DNA of 64,000 nt from a virus. Positions 21,021-29,676 of this stretch are shown here, piece after piece. Positions within the stretch are counted from its first letter, which is position 1, and each line of letters starts with the position of its first letter. The notes under the pieces are model-generated. The model saw only the letters and a list, made by a program, of their open reading frames with translations. It ran no database searches and was not told where the DNA came from. The translations under genes were made by a program, and so were the position numbers. The DNA is taken from IMG/VR virus record IMGVR_UViG_3300007609_000013, positions 1 through 64,000 of that record; one strand, given 5' to 3'.

Positions 21021-21229
21021 AACGAGCGAAGCGAGCTTGCGATTCACGCAAAAAATTTCGCACCACAGCAACACTAGTAGTGATCAACACACAGTCACCC
21101 TCCAGGTTGTACACCACATACTGCCAAGTGTTCAATCGCACCAAACTTCGTCTAACTTGCATGCAGTTATTTACACACGAGTGCTCAGGCCCGGGCCCAG
21201 GCCACTCAAACGAGCGAAGCGAGCTTGCG
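21021..21229 (+). repeat. 21-bp direct repeat aacgagcgaagcgagcttgcg (21021-21041 and 21209-21229)
   Basis: Exact duplicate in the non-coding divergent region; each copy is followed shortly by cgcaaaaa. Confidence 0.9.
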
Positions 21230-21307
21230 GCGCAAAAACAATTTTTGCACTTTTCTCACTCACAGTCAGCTGCACACCAGTAAATACAACACCAGCCAAG
21301 GACACTG

Positions 21308-21562
21308 ATGAGCAGTCGCAGCATACTATTCCCGGTTAACAAAAAGCATGATCGCATGGTGCGTGAGTTCTGCAGACGCAACACTTTCGCACGACTGTTG
21401 CAGTGGAGCAGTCGCCACGGAACACTACTGTGTGTTCACAACACCGACCGTAGACGTGGCATAGTGATCAGCTTTGAAAACGAGCGCACACTCACCGCAT
21501 TTGCCGTCAGTTGGCATCACACAGAAAGCTGGTTGCAGTGGGAACTCAGCAGCTATGAATAG
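21308..21562 (+). CDS. hypothetical protein
   Basis: AAGGA SD; TAAATA upstream. Confidence 0.5.
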   Translation: MSSRSILFPVNKKHDRMVREFCRRNTFARLLQWSSRHGTLLCVHNTDRRRGIVISFENERTLTAFAVSWHHTESWLQWELSSYE

Positions 21563-21827
21563 CCACACACCTGTGATAGTGTTCACTGGCATCAGTGGCA
21601 GCAATCATCACACAGTAAACTGGAGTAGAATGAATGTGTTAGAACATGTGTTGGCATGGGCTGGTCACCACCGCACTAGAATATGTGTGCATGCCAACCG
21701 CAACAGTGTGCTGCACATACAACACTTGGACAGTGCACACTGGCTGTTGTGGCAGCTCACATGGAATCCTCAACAGCAACCTAGACTAGGCTACAGCACA
21801 ATGAATACCACAGTGCATTCACCTTAG
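21555..21827 (+). CDS. hypothetical protein
   Basis: Coupled to the previous ORF. Confidence 0.4.
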   Translation: MNSHTPVIVFTGISGSNHHTVNWSRMNVLEHVLAWAGHHRTRICVHANRNSVLHIQHLDSAHWLLWQLTWNPQQQPRLGYSTMNTTVHSP

Positions 21828-22165
21828 CCGGCCGAGGCAGTACAGCCCCCCCTATAGTGCAGCCAAAAAAAAATTGTGTGCGCAGAATCAGCAAACCCAA
21901 AAACACCACCCCCAGGAGCTTTTTGCACCCTAGGATATACACTGTGGAGATCTATGCTAGATCTAGTAGCGCACTTCGTTTGCTACTGGTGTGAGAGTTT
22001 TCTGTGAGGTGGAATTTCCCATGGGGTCATGGGGCCAATAGTGTGACCAGAAAAATTCTTGCGTCGGTTTGTCAAAGGGGGCAGTTTTTTCACCCCCACC
22101 ACTTTTATACCCCTGACGTTTTTTTTCTCACCGAAAAAAATATTTTTCTCAATGAAATCAAAAGG

Positions 22166-22363
22166 TTATGCACAGTTGGACAATTGTGCACGTTTGGCTA
22201 GTGTGCATGCACGGTCCATGCTGTTCAAGCAGGCTTGCATAGCACGCACAGTGGTCACATACTCATGATGCAACTGTTCCAACTGTGCTTGTTGCTCTGC
22301 TGTGTATGCACCTGCGGCTGTGCCTTCTGTGAGCAAGTCTGTGAAGTCTTTGAATGTATTCAT
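22166..22363 (-). CDS. hypothetical protein
   Basis: Last ORF of the early leftward run. Confidence 0.4.
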   Translation of the reverse strand: MNTFKDFTDLLTEGTAAGAYTAEQQAQLEQLHHEYVTTVRAMQACLNSMDRACTLAKRAQLSNCA

Positions 22364-22445
22364 CGCATCAACAGTGTGCTCACTGCCTCACAGAAGAATG
22401 CTACAGCAATCACAGTCACAAACCCTAGTGCCGCTACAGTTTCCA

Positions 22446-22754
22446 TTATGCCGCCTCCTCTACTGTTAGCATGCTGGCTGGCACACGATAGGTGGTGTTG
22501 AACATGCCGTTGCTGACGCCGCCCAACACTTCCACTGTCTTGCGATTCTTTTTGACTACTCGGCCAACCACCCGGGTACCGTTTCGTGCAGTAAAGCTTA
22601 CCACATCACCTTTGACAATCTTGCGAATGTTTGCTCGGCTCAGTTGCCGTTCCTTGTTGCGAATTGCATCGTAGATGTCACGCAGTTCATCCATGGTCTC
22701 TAATGCGTAGATGGCTGTGACGGCATCTGCTGTGCGTGTGAATGATGTGCTCAT
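22446..22754 (-). CDS. SH3-like early protein
   Basis: GDVVSF...G.VVKKNRKTV.V...YRVPASML; AGGAG SD. Confidence 0.7.
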   Translation of the reverse strand: MSTSFTRTADAVTAIYALETMDELRDIYDAIRNKERQLSRANIRKIVKGDVVSFTARNGTRVVGRVVKKNRKTVEVLGGVSNGMFNTTYRVPASMLTVEEAA

Positions 22755-22969
22755 GCATATACTCCTACTGCAAGTGGAAGTTCTTCAATGCTAACATTGC
22801 CTCGGAGTGGTTGGATGTATTCCAGTGGACAGGTGTGTACTTCCTCTGGTGCGTAACGATCCGAGAAGTACACAACACCGTTGTCATCAACTCGATCCAC
22901 AATACCATACACTGTGGGGAACTGTGCACCCCAGTGGCCGTAAATCTTGTCGCCTGGTTTGATCTGCAT
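22751..22969 (-). CDS. hypothetical early protein
   Basis: Starts MQIKPGD with GAGGA SD, downstream of an early promoter. Confidence 0.65.
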   Translation of the reverse strand: MQIKPGDKIYGHWGAQFPTVYGIVDRVDDNGVVYFSDRYAPEEVHTCPLEYIQPLRGNVSIEELPLAVGVYA

Positions 22970-23001
22970 ATTGATTTCCTCTATGACTAACCTACACACT
23001 A

Positions 23002-23029
23002 ATAATAACATGTGTAGGCCAGTTGTCAA
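23002..23029 (-). promoter_or_regulatory. early promoter TTGACA-N16-TATTAT (extended TG)
   Basis: Read directly from the reverse complement. Confidence 0.65.
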
Positions 23030-23070
23030 CCTCGGAATCCGTTTTTTTTGAAATTTATGGGCCGGAGGGC

Positions 23071-23188
23071 TGTGGATAAGTCTGTGGATTGAGGCATTTA
23101 ACATAATAGCGGTTATGCGCGGACTGTGGATTGTTTGGTCGGGGTTTGTGCACAGGTTATCCACAGCTTTTGCACACTAGTGTGCACA
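23071..23188. promoter_or_regulatory. array of 7 DnaA-box-like 9-mers
   Basis: TGTGGATAA 23071, TGTGGATTG 23083 and 23125; opposite orientation TTGTGCACA 23146, TTATCCACA 23157, TTTTGCACA 23168, GTGTGCACA 23180. Confidence 0.7.
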
Positions 23189-23189
23189 G

Positions 23190-23265
23190 TGGCTGCCTGA
23201 GCAGGACTCGAACCTGCGACCAAAAGATTAACAGTCTTCTGCTCTACCTGCTGAGCTATCAGGCA
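23190..23265 (-). tRNA. tRNA-Asn(GTT)
   Basis: Cloverleaf TGCCTGA...ctGTTaa...GGTTCGAGTCC...TCAGGCA-G-CCA. Confidence 0.95.
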
Positions 23266-23306
23266 AGGTTGGTGCCCGGGGGCACTTATAATATAGTGCA
23301 AAATAA

Positions 23307-23383
23307 TGGTGCCGCTGGAGGGAGTCGAACCCCCAACCTTCTGGACCTAAACCAGACGCCTCTGCCAATTGGGCCACAGCGGC
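23307..23383 (-). tRNA. tRNA-Leu(TAG) with short variable loop
   Basis: GCCGCTG...TCTGG-ttTAGgt-CCAGA-aggtt-GGGGGTTCGACTCCCT...CAGCGGC-A-CCA, 77 nt. Confidence 0.85.
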
Positions 23384-23512
23384 ATTACTTTGCTATTGCT
23401 CTATAGTATCTATCTCTGCACTGATGATAAGTTAAATTTAACTCTTTAGCAGCACCTCTGATACCATATTGCTCAACACATTTTGCTACCAAATCCACCA
23501 CCCGGGCAAGAG

Positions 23513-23588
23513 TGGTGCTCGTTCACGGAGTCGAACCGCGGACCTACGCATTACAAGTGCGTTGCTCTACCAGCTGAGCTAAACGAGC
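23513..23588 (-). tRNA. tRNA-Thr(TGT)
   Basis: Cloverleaf, anticodon arm ACGCA-ctTGTaa-TGCGT, encoded CCA. Confidence 0.95.
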
Positions 23589-23595
23589 ATGTATT

Positions 23596-24963
23596 TTAGG
23601 GTAACCCAATTTTTTTATAATCTACCCATGTAGATCTATCTTGTTCGATGTGTTGTTCTACATCTTTGTCGGACATTGGTTTACCAAGTTTTTGATTTTC
23701 ATCTATCCATGTGTTGTACATTTGCAAACATTCTTCGAAATTTTTTACTATATATTTTTTTTCTGCAAAAGTCTGTTTTTTAATAGGAATTGAAAATTGA
23801 AGTATTCCAAGTTTTACCATTTCGTCAACAGTGTCGTTTGCAATTTTATAATTATCATGATAGCTATCATTGAAGTCTTTATGCAAGTTATAAAATAGAT
23901 CTTCGCGCATCTTTTTATTCACAATTGTGACTTTTTGCGTTTGATTACTATATTTTTCCTGCATTTTATTATCAATTATTAACATTTGTTCTAGATAAAA
24001 CGTGATTTTATGAACATTTATACATTCTTGTTTGATCGATTCTGGTAGATTGATCCAATCATCTATCGAGTCCAATTGTGGCCAGTTTTCGTTTGCTACA
24101 GAATTATAATCTGTTACAAATTTTTCCCATGCTAAGTTGTATTGTTCCGAATAATCTAGATTTTCACTTTGAGTTTCTGCAGAAGCTGTTTCGATATATT
24201 GTTCTAATTTTTGTAAATCTTTGCGACTTTCCAAAGCAATGGTACCGATATCGCTGGAATAATAATGGCATTTATTGTAATCAGCAAAACTGATGTTGAA
24301 TTTGTCTTGCCAAGTGGTTTTTTCTTTGTCCGCAAAAAAAGGAAGGTTTAAAATAAATTGTTCTATATTTGGCATATGTTTTTCATACACATAATAGGAT
24401 GGTATATGAAATGTTGATTCTGCCCATTCTATATACTGTTTGTAGCTGTGTAAACTTTGCTTGACGCTCAAAGGGTCTATGGTTATTTGGTTTTTAAAGA
24501 TACTGTAAAATGTTCTAAGTTTTTCATCAGGTAAAAAAACATTTAGATTTTTTGTGATTTTGTTGATAGCCCAACTTAAAGAGTGTTCGAAAAGATTTTC
24601 TCGTTGACAACAAATGATATAATAGTTATCATTTAGATATTTATAAAACGATAATTGCTCTCCTATAGGATCTTTTCTAAAAAGAATGTTGTAATAAGGT
24701 AACTTTATGATTTTATAGTGATCAACACTTTCGAGTAATTCTTGAATTTCTCCCAGACTTTGCATATTGTTGTATTCACAATCATTGACACATCTAAGAA
24801 TTTCGCTGTTAAATTCAGGCGAATAATATTTTTCTAAACCTAATTCGACATGCCCGACATCAATCACTGGACGATCAAAGCTTTGAAATTGCATGTAAAC
24901 AGCAAGTGTTGTTTCTAAAAGTGTTCCTCCTACTGCATCAGGAGTAAGTAACAAAATGTTCAT
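23596..24963 (-). CDS. AT-rich hypothetical protein, sulfotransferase/P-loop-like N-terminus
   Basis: NILLLTPDAVGGTLL...RENLFEHSLSW; located inside the tRNA cluster. Confidence 0.65.
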   Translation of the reverse strand: MNILLLTPDAVGGTLLETTLAVYMQFQSFDRPVIDVGHVELGLEKYYSPEFNSEILRCVNDCEYNNMQSLGEIQELLESVDHYKIIKLPYYNILFRKDPIGEQLSFYKYLNDNYYIICCQRENLFEHSLSWAINKITKNLNVFLPDEKLRTFYSIFKNQITIDPLSVKQSLHSYKQYIEWAESTFHIPSYYVYEKHMPNIEQFILNLPFFADKEKTTWQDKFNISFADYNKCHYYSSDIGTIALESRKDLQKLEQYIETASAETQSENLDYSEQYNLAWEKFVTDYNSVANENWPQLDSIDDWINLPESIKQECINVHKITFYLEQMLIIDNKMQEKYSNQTQKVTIVNKKMREDLFYNLHKDFNDSYHDNYKIANDTVDEMVKLGILQFSIPIKKQTFAEKKYIVKNFEECLQMYNTWIDENQKLGKPMSDKDVEQHIEQDRSTWVDYKKIGLP

Positions 24964-25049
24964 CTAGTTTCTCATAATTTATCTGTGCGCACCCAAGTAG
25001 GAAATGAAATTCTCGTTTTTTGCTTGCGAGCAATCTCCCGGGGTGGTGC

Positions 25050-25140
25050 TGGCAGAAGCGGAGGGATTCGAACCCTCGGTAGGGTATTAGCCTACACTCC
25101 CTTAGCAGGGGAGCGCCTTCAGCCACTCAGCCACGCTTCT
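25050..25140 (-). tRNA. tRNA-Ser(GCT)
   Basis: CTCCC-ctGCTaa-GGGAG, long variable arm, G73-CCA. Confidence 0.95.
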
Positions 25141-25184
25141 GTTGTAGTGTATTTACACAGTGAACTTCACTGCTTTCTCTAGAT

Positions 25185-25261
25185 TGGCCTCGCCGGCTGG
25201 ACTCGAACCAGCAACCTACAGCTTAGAAGGCTGTTGCACTATCCGGTTGTGCTACGACGAG
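25185..25261 (-). tRNA. tRNA-Arg(TCT)
   Basis: ACAGC-ctTCTaa-GCTGT, encoded CCA. Confidence 0.95.
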
Positions 25262-25272
25262 AATTTGGTGTA

Positions 25273-26046
25273 CTACCTAGAATAGTATCGCTCCAACAAA
25301 AACTCAGCAAAGTCTTTGTGACCCGAGGGTCCCATGTGCCCAACCTTGTATGGTTTGTTGTTGACAACAGCTTCATGGTTGTCAACAGGTGCATGATTTC
25401 TCTGCAAGCACCATTCCAGAAACGAAAACTCAAATATATCCAGTATTCTTGAATTCTGTTTCATTTCCTCGTAAAAATTGGCCACAAAAGGTGCAGAAAA
25501 ATCAATGGTTTCTTGATACATAGGAGAAAAAATTATGTAATCAATGTTGTTGTTTTCGCACCAATTTGCAAATAATATTATTTTGGCCAAAAGATCAACA
25601 GTCTCAGCTTCAATATCATACCAATCAATGTAATTTCTGCAGAAGTTCCGGTATGCTTTGCCCTCATGAAGGTCAATTGATTTATTTCTGCGCTGATACC
25701 AGTTCTTTCCATCCAGTGGTTGAATACACACAAAGTCTCCGTCACTCAATGATTGCAAGTCCTCATGAGGAACCTGCCTCCATCTTGCTATGTCGTGTTG
25801 TGTGTGCCACAGTTCTGTTCTAAATATAAAACTTAGACTAACACAAGCTAAAATATTACTGTGCTTGTGTTTTAGCTCAAGTAAATCTCTTAGGCTGGTG
25901 CGGAATATTCTGCTGTTTGCAGACCCAAGCACTGCCCTATTGATCACGTGTGCGCCAAAAAAATCAGCAAGATGGTCAGCATACTTTTTGTAATTTCCGG
26001 ATCGGACATAGCTGTCCCCGTTGACGTAGATCAAATCATATGTCAT
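25273..26046 (-). CDS. SGNH-like hydrolase #5
   Basis: VNGDSY, NRA..GSAN, GHMGPSGH..FA; lies between two tRNAs. Confidence 0.7.
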   Translation of the reverse strand: MTYDLIYVNGDSYVRSGNYKKYADHLADFFGAHVINRAVLGSANSRIFRTSLRDLLELKHKHSNILACVSLSFIFRTELWHTQHDIARWRQVPHEDLQSLSDGDFVCIQPLDGKNWYQRRNKSIDLHEGKAYRNFCRNYIDWYDIEAETVDLLAKIILFANWCENNNIDYIIFSPMYQETIDFSAPFVANFYEEMKQNSRILDIFEFSFLEWCLQRNHAPVDNHEAVVNNKPYKVGHMGPSGHKDFAEFLLERYYSR

Positions 26047-26062
26047 GCTGTTTCCTGTGTAT

Positions 26063-26139
26063 TGGTGGACCCACCTGGACTCGAACCAGGGACCAATGAA
26101 TTATGAGTTCACTGCTCTAACCAACTGAGCTATAGGTCC
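26063..26139 (-). tRNA. tRNA with CAT anticodon, probably Ile2 (lysidine)
   Basis: GTGAA-ctCATaa-TTCAT; C4-G69/C5-G68 pairs as in TilS substrates; lacks the initiator G-C triplet. Confidence 0.85.
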
Positions 26140-26148
26140 TACTCTGTT

Positions 26149-26176
26149 ATTATAACACACTGTGCACATGTGTCAA
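26149..26176 (-). promoter_or_regulatory. promoter of the tRNA cluster, TTGACA-N16-TATAAT
   Basis: Perfect hexamers with extended TG; -10 ends 9 nt upstream of the first tRNA. Confidence 0.75.
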
Positions 26177-26358
26177 CGGGCAGCATTGATCAATTCCACT
26201 GCCAAGCGATACTCCGCTGCATTGTCATCCTCGCGGTCGTTGTTGTAAACCAAGCGTGTGTCCGGCCTCCTACGATTCTGATATTCATAGGCTGCCTGTT
26301 TGTCGTCAGTGCTGAACACCACGCGATTGTCACAATCTACCAGCAAAAATCTCTGCAT
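26173..26358 (-). CDS. hypothetical early protein
   Basis: MQRFLL start with GAGGT SD. Confidence 0.5.
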   Translation of the reverse strand: MQRFLLVDCDNRVVFSTDDKQAAYEYQNRRRPDTRLVYNNDREDDNAAEYRLAVELINAAR

Positions 26359-26374
26359 GTTATACCTCATGATG

Positions 26375-26687
26375 TTATAAGTCACCGCTGAATGTGCTCC
26401 AGGTAATCTGCTTTTCATCTACTTTTATGCAGTTATACCCTTCGCGTTTAAATGCTGCCAGTGGAGGACAGTCTCGTCTGCCGCCTAGATCACTCTCCAG
26501 TGGCTGGATCACCACTCGGCCGAGTGGTGAAATCCACCACCACACCAGGCAGGAGTCTACCATTGTGCACAGCCACCACGTGGTCACCTGGAGCTAGATC
26601 GGCGCCGAACACATCTTTTCTCCATCGATCCAGCACAGTAAAGTTTGTTAGGCCGAATTCGCCGCGTCTAGGCGTGTACTTTTTCAT
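26375..26687 (-). pseudogene. frameshifted small SH3-like protein gene
   Basis: Removing one base inside the 22-bp palindrome at 26509-26530 joins ORF 26490-26687 to the 26375 frame, giving 103 aa. Confidence 0.5.
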
Positions 26688-26780
26688 CGCGCCACTCTAG
26701 AATAAGCAATGTCACCTTGACGACCAGTCTTGCGATCATTGACCGGCCCGAACAAGCGAATCAACCTCAGTGTGTTCATG

Positions 26781-27077
26781 TTATACCCCCATGGTCTCTG
26801 CAGCAGCCGAATATTCCACAGCAACCCGCTCCACTCGATCATCGTAGTCTAGGCTGGTTTCAAAAGGAATATACCCCGTGTCACCCTCACGTCCAAAGCC
26901 TGCACCATCCTGTTCAATCTGAATGGTGTATCCGTCAAACAACATGTAAGCACCTTCCGGATTTCGCACTGCACCTTTGGCAATCACTGTGCCTTGGATA
27001 TATGCGTCTCGGCGACCCATGAAGTCATATGCACGAATCGTGTCGCCAACAGCAGCCAAATTCTGATATTTCAACAT
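26781..27077 (-). CDS. hypothetical early protein
   Basis: VGDTIRAYDF...G.V; GGGAG SD; own promoter. Confidence 0.7.
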   Translation of the reverse strand: MLKYQNLAAVGDTIRAYDFMGRRDAYIQGTVIAKGAVRNPEGAYMLFDGYTIQIEQDGAGFGREGDTGYIPFETSLDYDDRVERVAVEYSAAAETMGV

Positions 27078-27106
27078 GTTGTAGTCTCCCTAACCTCTAT
27101 ACATGT

Positions 27107-27134
27107 AGTATACAGTGTTATAGCATAGAGTCAA
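27107..27134 (-). promoter_or_regulatory. early promoter TTGACT-N16-TATACT
   Basis: Read directly from the reverse complement. Confidence 0.6.
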
Positions 27135-27363
27135 TCAGAAAACGCTGCAGCAGCAAAGTTAGAATTGTGTGCACAGTCAACAGGTTAGCACCAATATCTA
27201 GAATACTGTGAGGCGGTAGTGTGAAAAAGTGTGAAAATATCACAATATACCAGAATATACTGAGTTATATCTGGCATTGCCTATGAGGTTCCGGCGGATG
27301 GCATGCTCGTACGGTGACTATAATAGTGATTCAACCAGATCTGCTGCAGCAGCAACTTGACAG

Positions 27364-27609
27364 TTAGTAGTCAATGTCTGGATCCACTATGCCTTTGATG
27401 GTGAGAGCATGCTGAACACTGGTGATTTGTGCTTGAACAGCCGCTGTATAGCTTGCCACTTGACCGTTTACAGCTAAGCGTGCGGTTTCACGTGTTAAGA
27501 ATTCTGAGAAATATGCGTCTGCACGTGGATTACCGTAGAGCAGGTGATAACAGTGACGCAGCTTTGTCAACAGTGCTTTGTGTTGTGCGTAGTTTGTTGT
27601 TTTTTTCAT
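27364..27609 (-). CDS. hypothetical protein
   Basis: TAAATA-N5-ATG start. Confidence 0.5.
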   Translation of the reverse strand: MKKTTNYAQHKALLTKLRHCYHLLYGNPRADAYFSEFLTRETARLAVNGQVASYTAAVQAQITSVQHALTIKGIVDPDIDY

Positions 27610-27830
27610 TGGTGTATTTACTCGAGAACCATGGTTTTAATACCCCTACTCTTGTATCTTTGCTGTCTCTCTGCCACACAATTCAACACAATTCAACACT
27701 TTGACACACACTGTATTTTTTTATCGTACAGCATCACATGATGGGATTTTTTTGGTTGCTGTTGAGTGTGTTTTCATATATAGTATACAGAGACAGAGCA
27801 GTGTCTCTGCACAGGAGTTTTTCACAGCAC

Positions 27831-28419
27831 ATGCATATCAGTTGGCACACACATCCATGGACACACTGTGTGATTGATGAGGTTTTTGCACCCCATGAAC
27901 TCGCACAGGTGCGTGAGTTTGTGGCATCAGATCACAGTGGTACTTTGAATCCAGCTGCTGGCACATATGCTGCCACAGCTGATCTTCCTGCACACATTCA
28001 CAGTTTGTTCTCACAAAAAAAATCTAGAGATCTATCACAGTGTGTATGTGGATCTTTGGCGTCGCACACCCGCTCAACACTGGAGCAAACCCATGTCACT
28101 GCACCAGTGTGTGAATCACACAGATTTTGTGCTGGGACAACCTGGGTTTTCATATCCGGTGCACAACCATCATCCAGGCAAGCGATTGGTGTCAGTGGTG
28201 TATGCAGGATTCACTGGCGATGGCACAGTGTTGTGTGATCAGGATCACAGTGACGGCGTGCAGATTCCATGGCAGGAGAATCGTGCAGTGTGTTTTATTT
28301 CGCATGGCCACAGTTGGCACAGCTATCACAACTGCAGCGTCACGCCGCGGTTCACTGTAAATCTCATGTGGCAACAGGAGTATCCTGGGTTGCCACCCAT
28401 TCAACAGGAGTCATCATGA
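27831..28419 (+). pseudogene. 2OG-Fe(II) oxygenase-like gene frameshifted at an A8 run
   Basis: PWTHCVIDEVF in one frame and YPVH...W.ENRA..F...WHSY...RFTVN in the next; A7 at 28015 would restore 195 aa. Confidence 0.65.
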
Positions 28420-28760
28420 GCACACATGACATCAACATAAATTTAAACATCTCTTTGACAGTGCACACAGATGGATCAGTGAGTGTGGCTGGTGTGAGCA
28501 CACAGGATCAGTCAGCGGTGGGCGCATCACCAGACTCTGCTGTAGGAGAGCCAGCTGAGCCACTGGGTGCAGATGAACTGCGTGAGTTGGCCGCGCCTTA
28601 TAAGAAGAGTTTTGTGATTTCGCGCAAAGAGTTGGAAGCTCTCACCAAAGACGAAATCATTGCACTAGGTCAAGGCATGCTGGGTGTTGACATCTACAAG
28701 CGACAGCACAAGGATGATATCATAGCTGAGTTTTGGAGAGAGTATCGTGCTAGAAACTAG
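28416..28760 (+). CDS. hypothetical protein with Rho-N/HeH-like C-terminus
   Basis: AGGAG SD before MSTHD; C-terminus resembles that of 15002-15295. Confidence 0.6.
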   Translation: MSTHDININLNISLTVHTDGSVSVAGVSTQDQSAVGASPDSAVGEPAEPLGADELRELAAPYKKSFVISRKELEALTKDEIIALGQGMLGVDIYKRQHKDDIIAEFWREYRARN

Positions 28761-28806
28761 TGCATGGTGCAGCACCGGTGCGTGTTTGGGTTCCAGCAGC
28801 TGAGCT

Positions 28807-29676
28807 ATGTCAAAACCTGTGCTTCCTTTTGTTGAAACCATGATCACGTATGCATGCAATCTCAGTTGTGCTGGCTGTACCAACTACAGCGACTACAACA
28901 TGAAAGGCAGTGTGCGTTGGGCAGAAGCAAAACAATGGCTGTTGGATTGGATTGAACGCATTGACATACCTGACTTTGGCATCATAGGAGGAGAACCCAC
29001 GCTCAACCCTGAATGCAAACAATGGATCTACGGTGTCCGGCAACTGTTGCCCAACAGTCAAATAAGATTTACAACCAACGCTGTAAACTTTCATCAAAAC
29101 TCACAAATACTAGACTGGTGTGTGGACATTGGCAACTGTGTACTGAAGTTTAGCCTGCACCAAGACTTGCCCTATGCCCAAGCTGCAGTTGAACACGTGT
29201 TTGGTGCATACCAGTGGAAGCCCATCACTGAATACGGTATAAATCGCTGGATAGGACCCAACAACACTCGTTTTCAGATCAACAGCCCAGCACAGTTTGT
29301 CAAAACCTATCGCGGCAATTTTGGCAATATCCGTCCGCATCACAGTTCGCCGGCTGCAGCTTTTGACATGTGTGTACAACAACAGTGTCCACTGCTGTAT
29401 CAAGGAAACATCTACAAGTGCAGCAGTATTGCGCTGTTGAATCGTGTGCTGGAGGAGTGGAATCAGCCCGTGACCAATGATTGGCAACCATACACGGATT
29501 ATCAAGGCATCTCACCTGCTAGTTCTCACCAGGAGATTTCCAAATTTATTCAAAACTTTGGCCGGCCTCACCGGATTTGCGCCATGTGTCCCAGCAAAAA
29601 AGACACAAACAGCATTATTGATCATAAATCAAATGTGATATCAAAAAAACAATGGGTTAAACTGCGCAATGTTTAA
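28807..29676 (+). CDS. radical SAM protein
   Basis: CNLSCAGC, GGEPTLNP, TTN, C..L..G.IYKC, C.MCP. Confidence 0.9.
   Translation: MSKPVLPFVETMITYACNLSCAGCTNYSDYNMKGSVRWAEAKQWLLDWIERIDIPDFGIIGGEPTLNPECKQWIYGVRQLLPNSQIRFTTNAVNFHQNSQILDWCVDIGNCVLKFSLHQDLPYAQAAVEHVFGAYQWKPITEYGINRWIGPNNTRFQINSPAQFVKTYRGNFGNIRPHHSSPAAAFDMCVQQQCPLLYQGNIYKCSSIALLNRVLEEWNQPVTNDWQPYTDYQGISPASSHQEISKFIQNFGRPHRICAMCPSKKDTNSIIDHKSNVISKKQWVKLRNV

Noticed and set aside
23307-23383. Amber suppressor tRNA or stop-codon recoding
   Set aside because: The anticodon is 5'-TAG-3' (reads CUA), not CTA. Core genes are intact in code 11 and TAG ends several genes.
22970-23406. ORFs 23113-23301, 23131-23406 and the 5' extension of 22751-23164
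   Set aside because: They overlap tRNAs, the DnaA-box array or a promoter.
23496-25048. Imperfect inverted repeat caccacccggg / cccggggtggtg in tRNA trailers
   Set aside because: Only 11-12 bp with an indel; could arise by chance.
24938-25452. Short ORFs 24938-25126, 24985-25182, 25234-25452 and 25239-25433
   Set aside because: They are shadows of tRNA-Ser/Arg and of the SGNH gene.
27140-27360. 13-bp repeat gctgcagcagcaa and short atat-rich repeats
   Set aside because: Too short and low in complexity to support a function.
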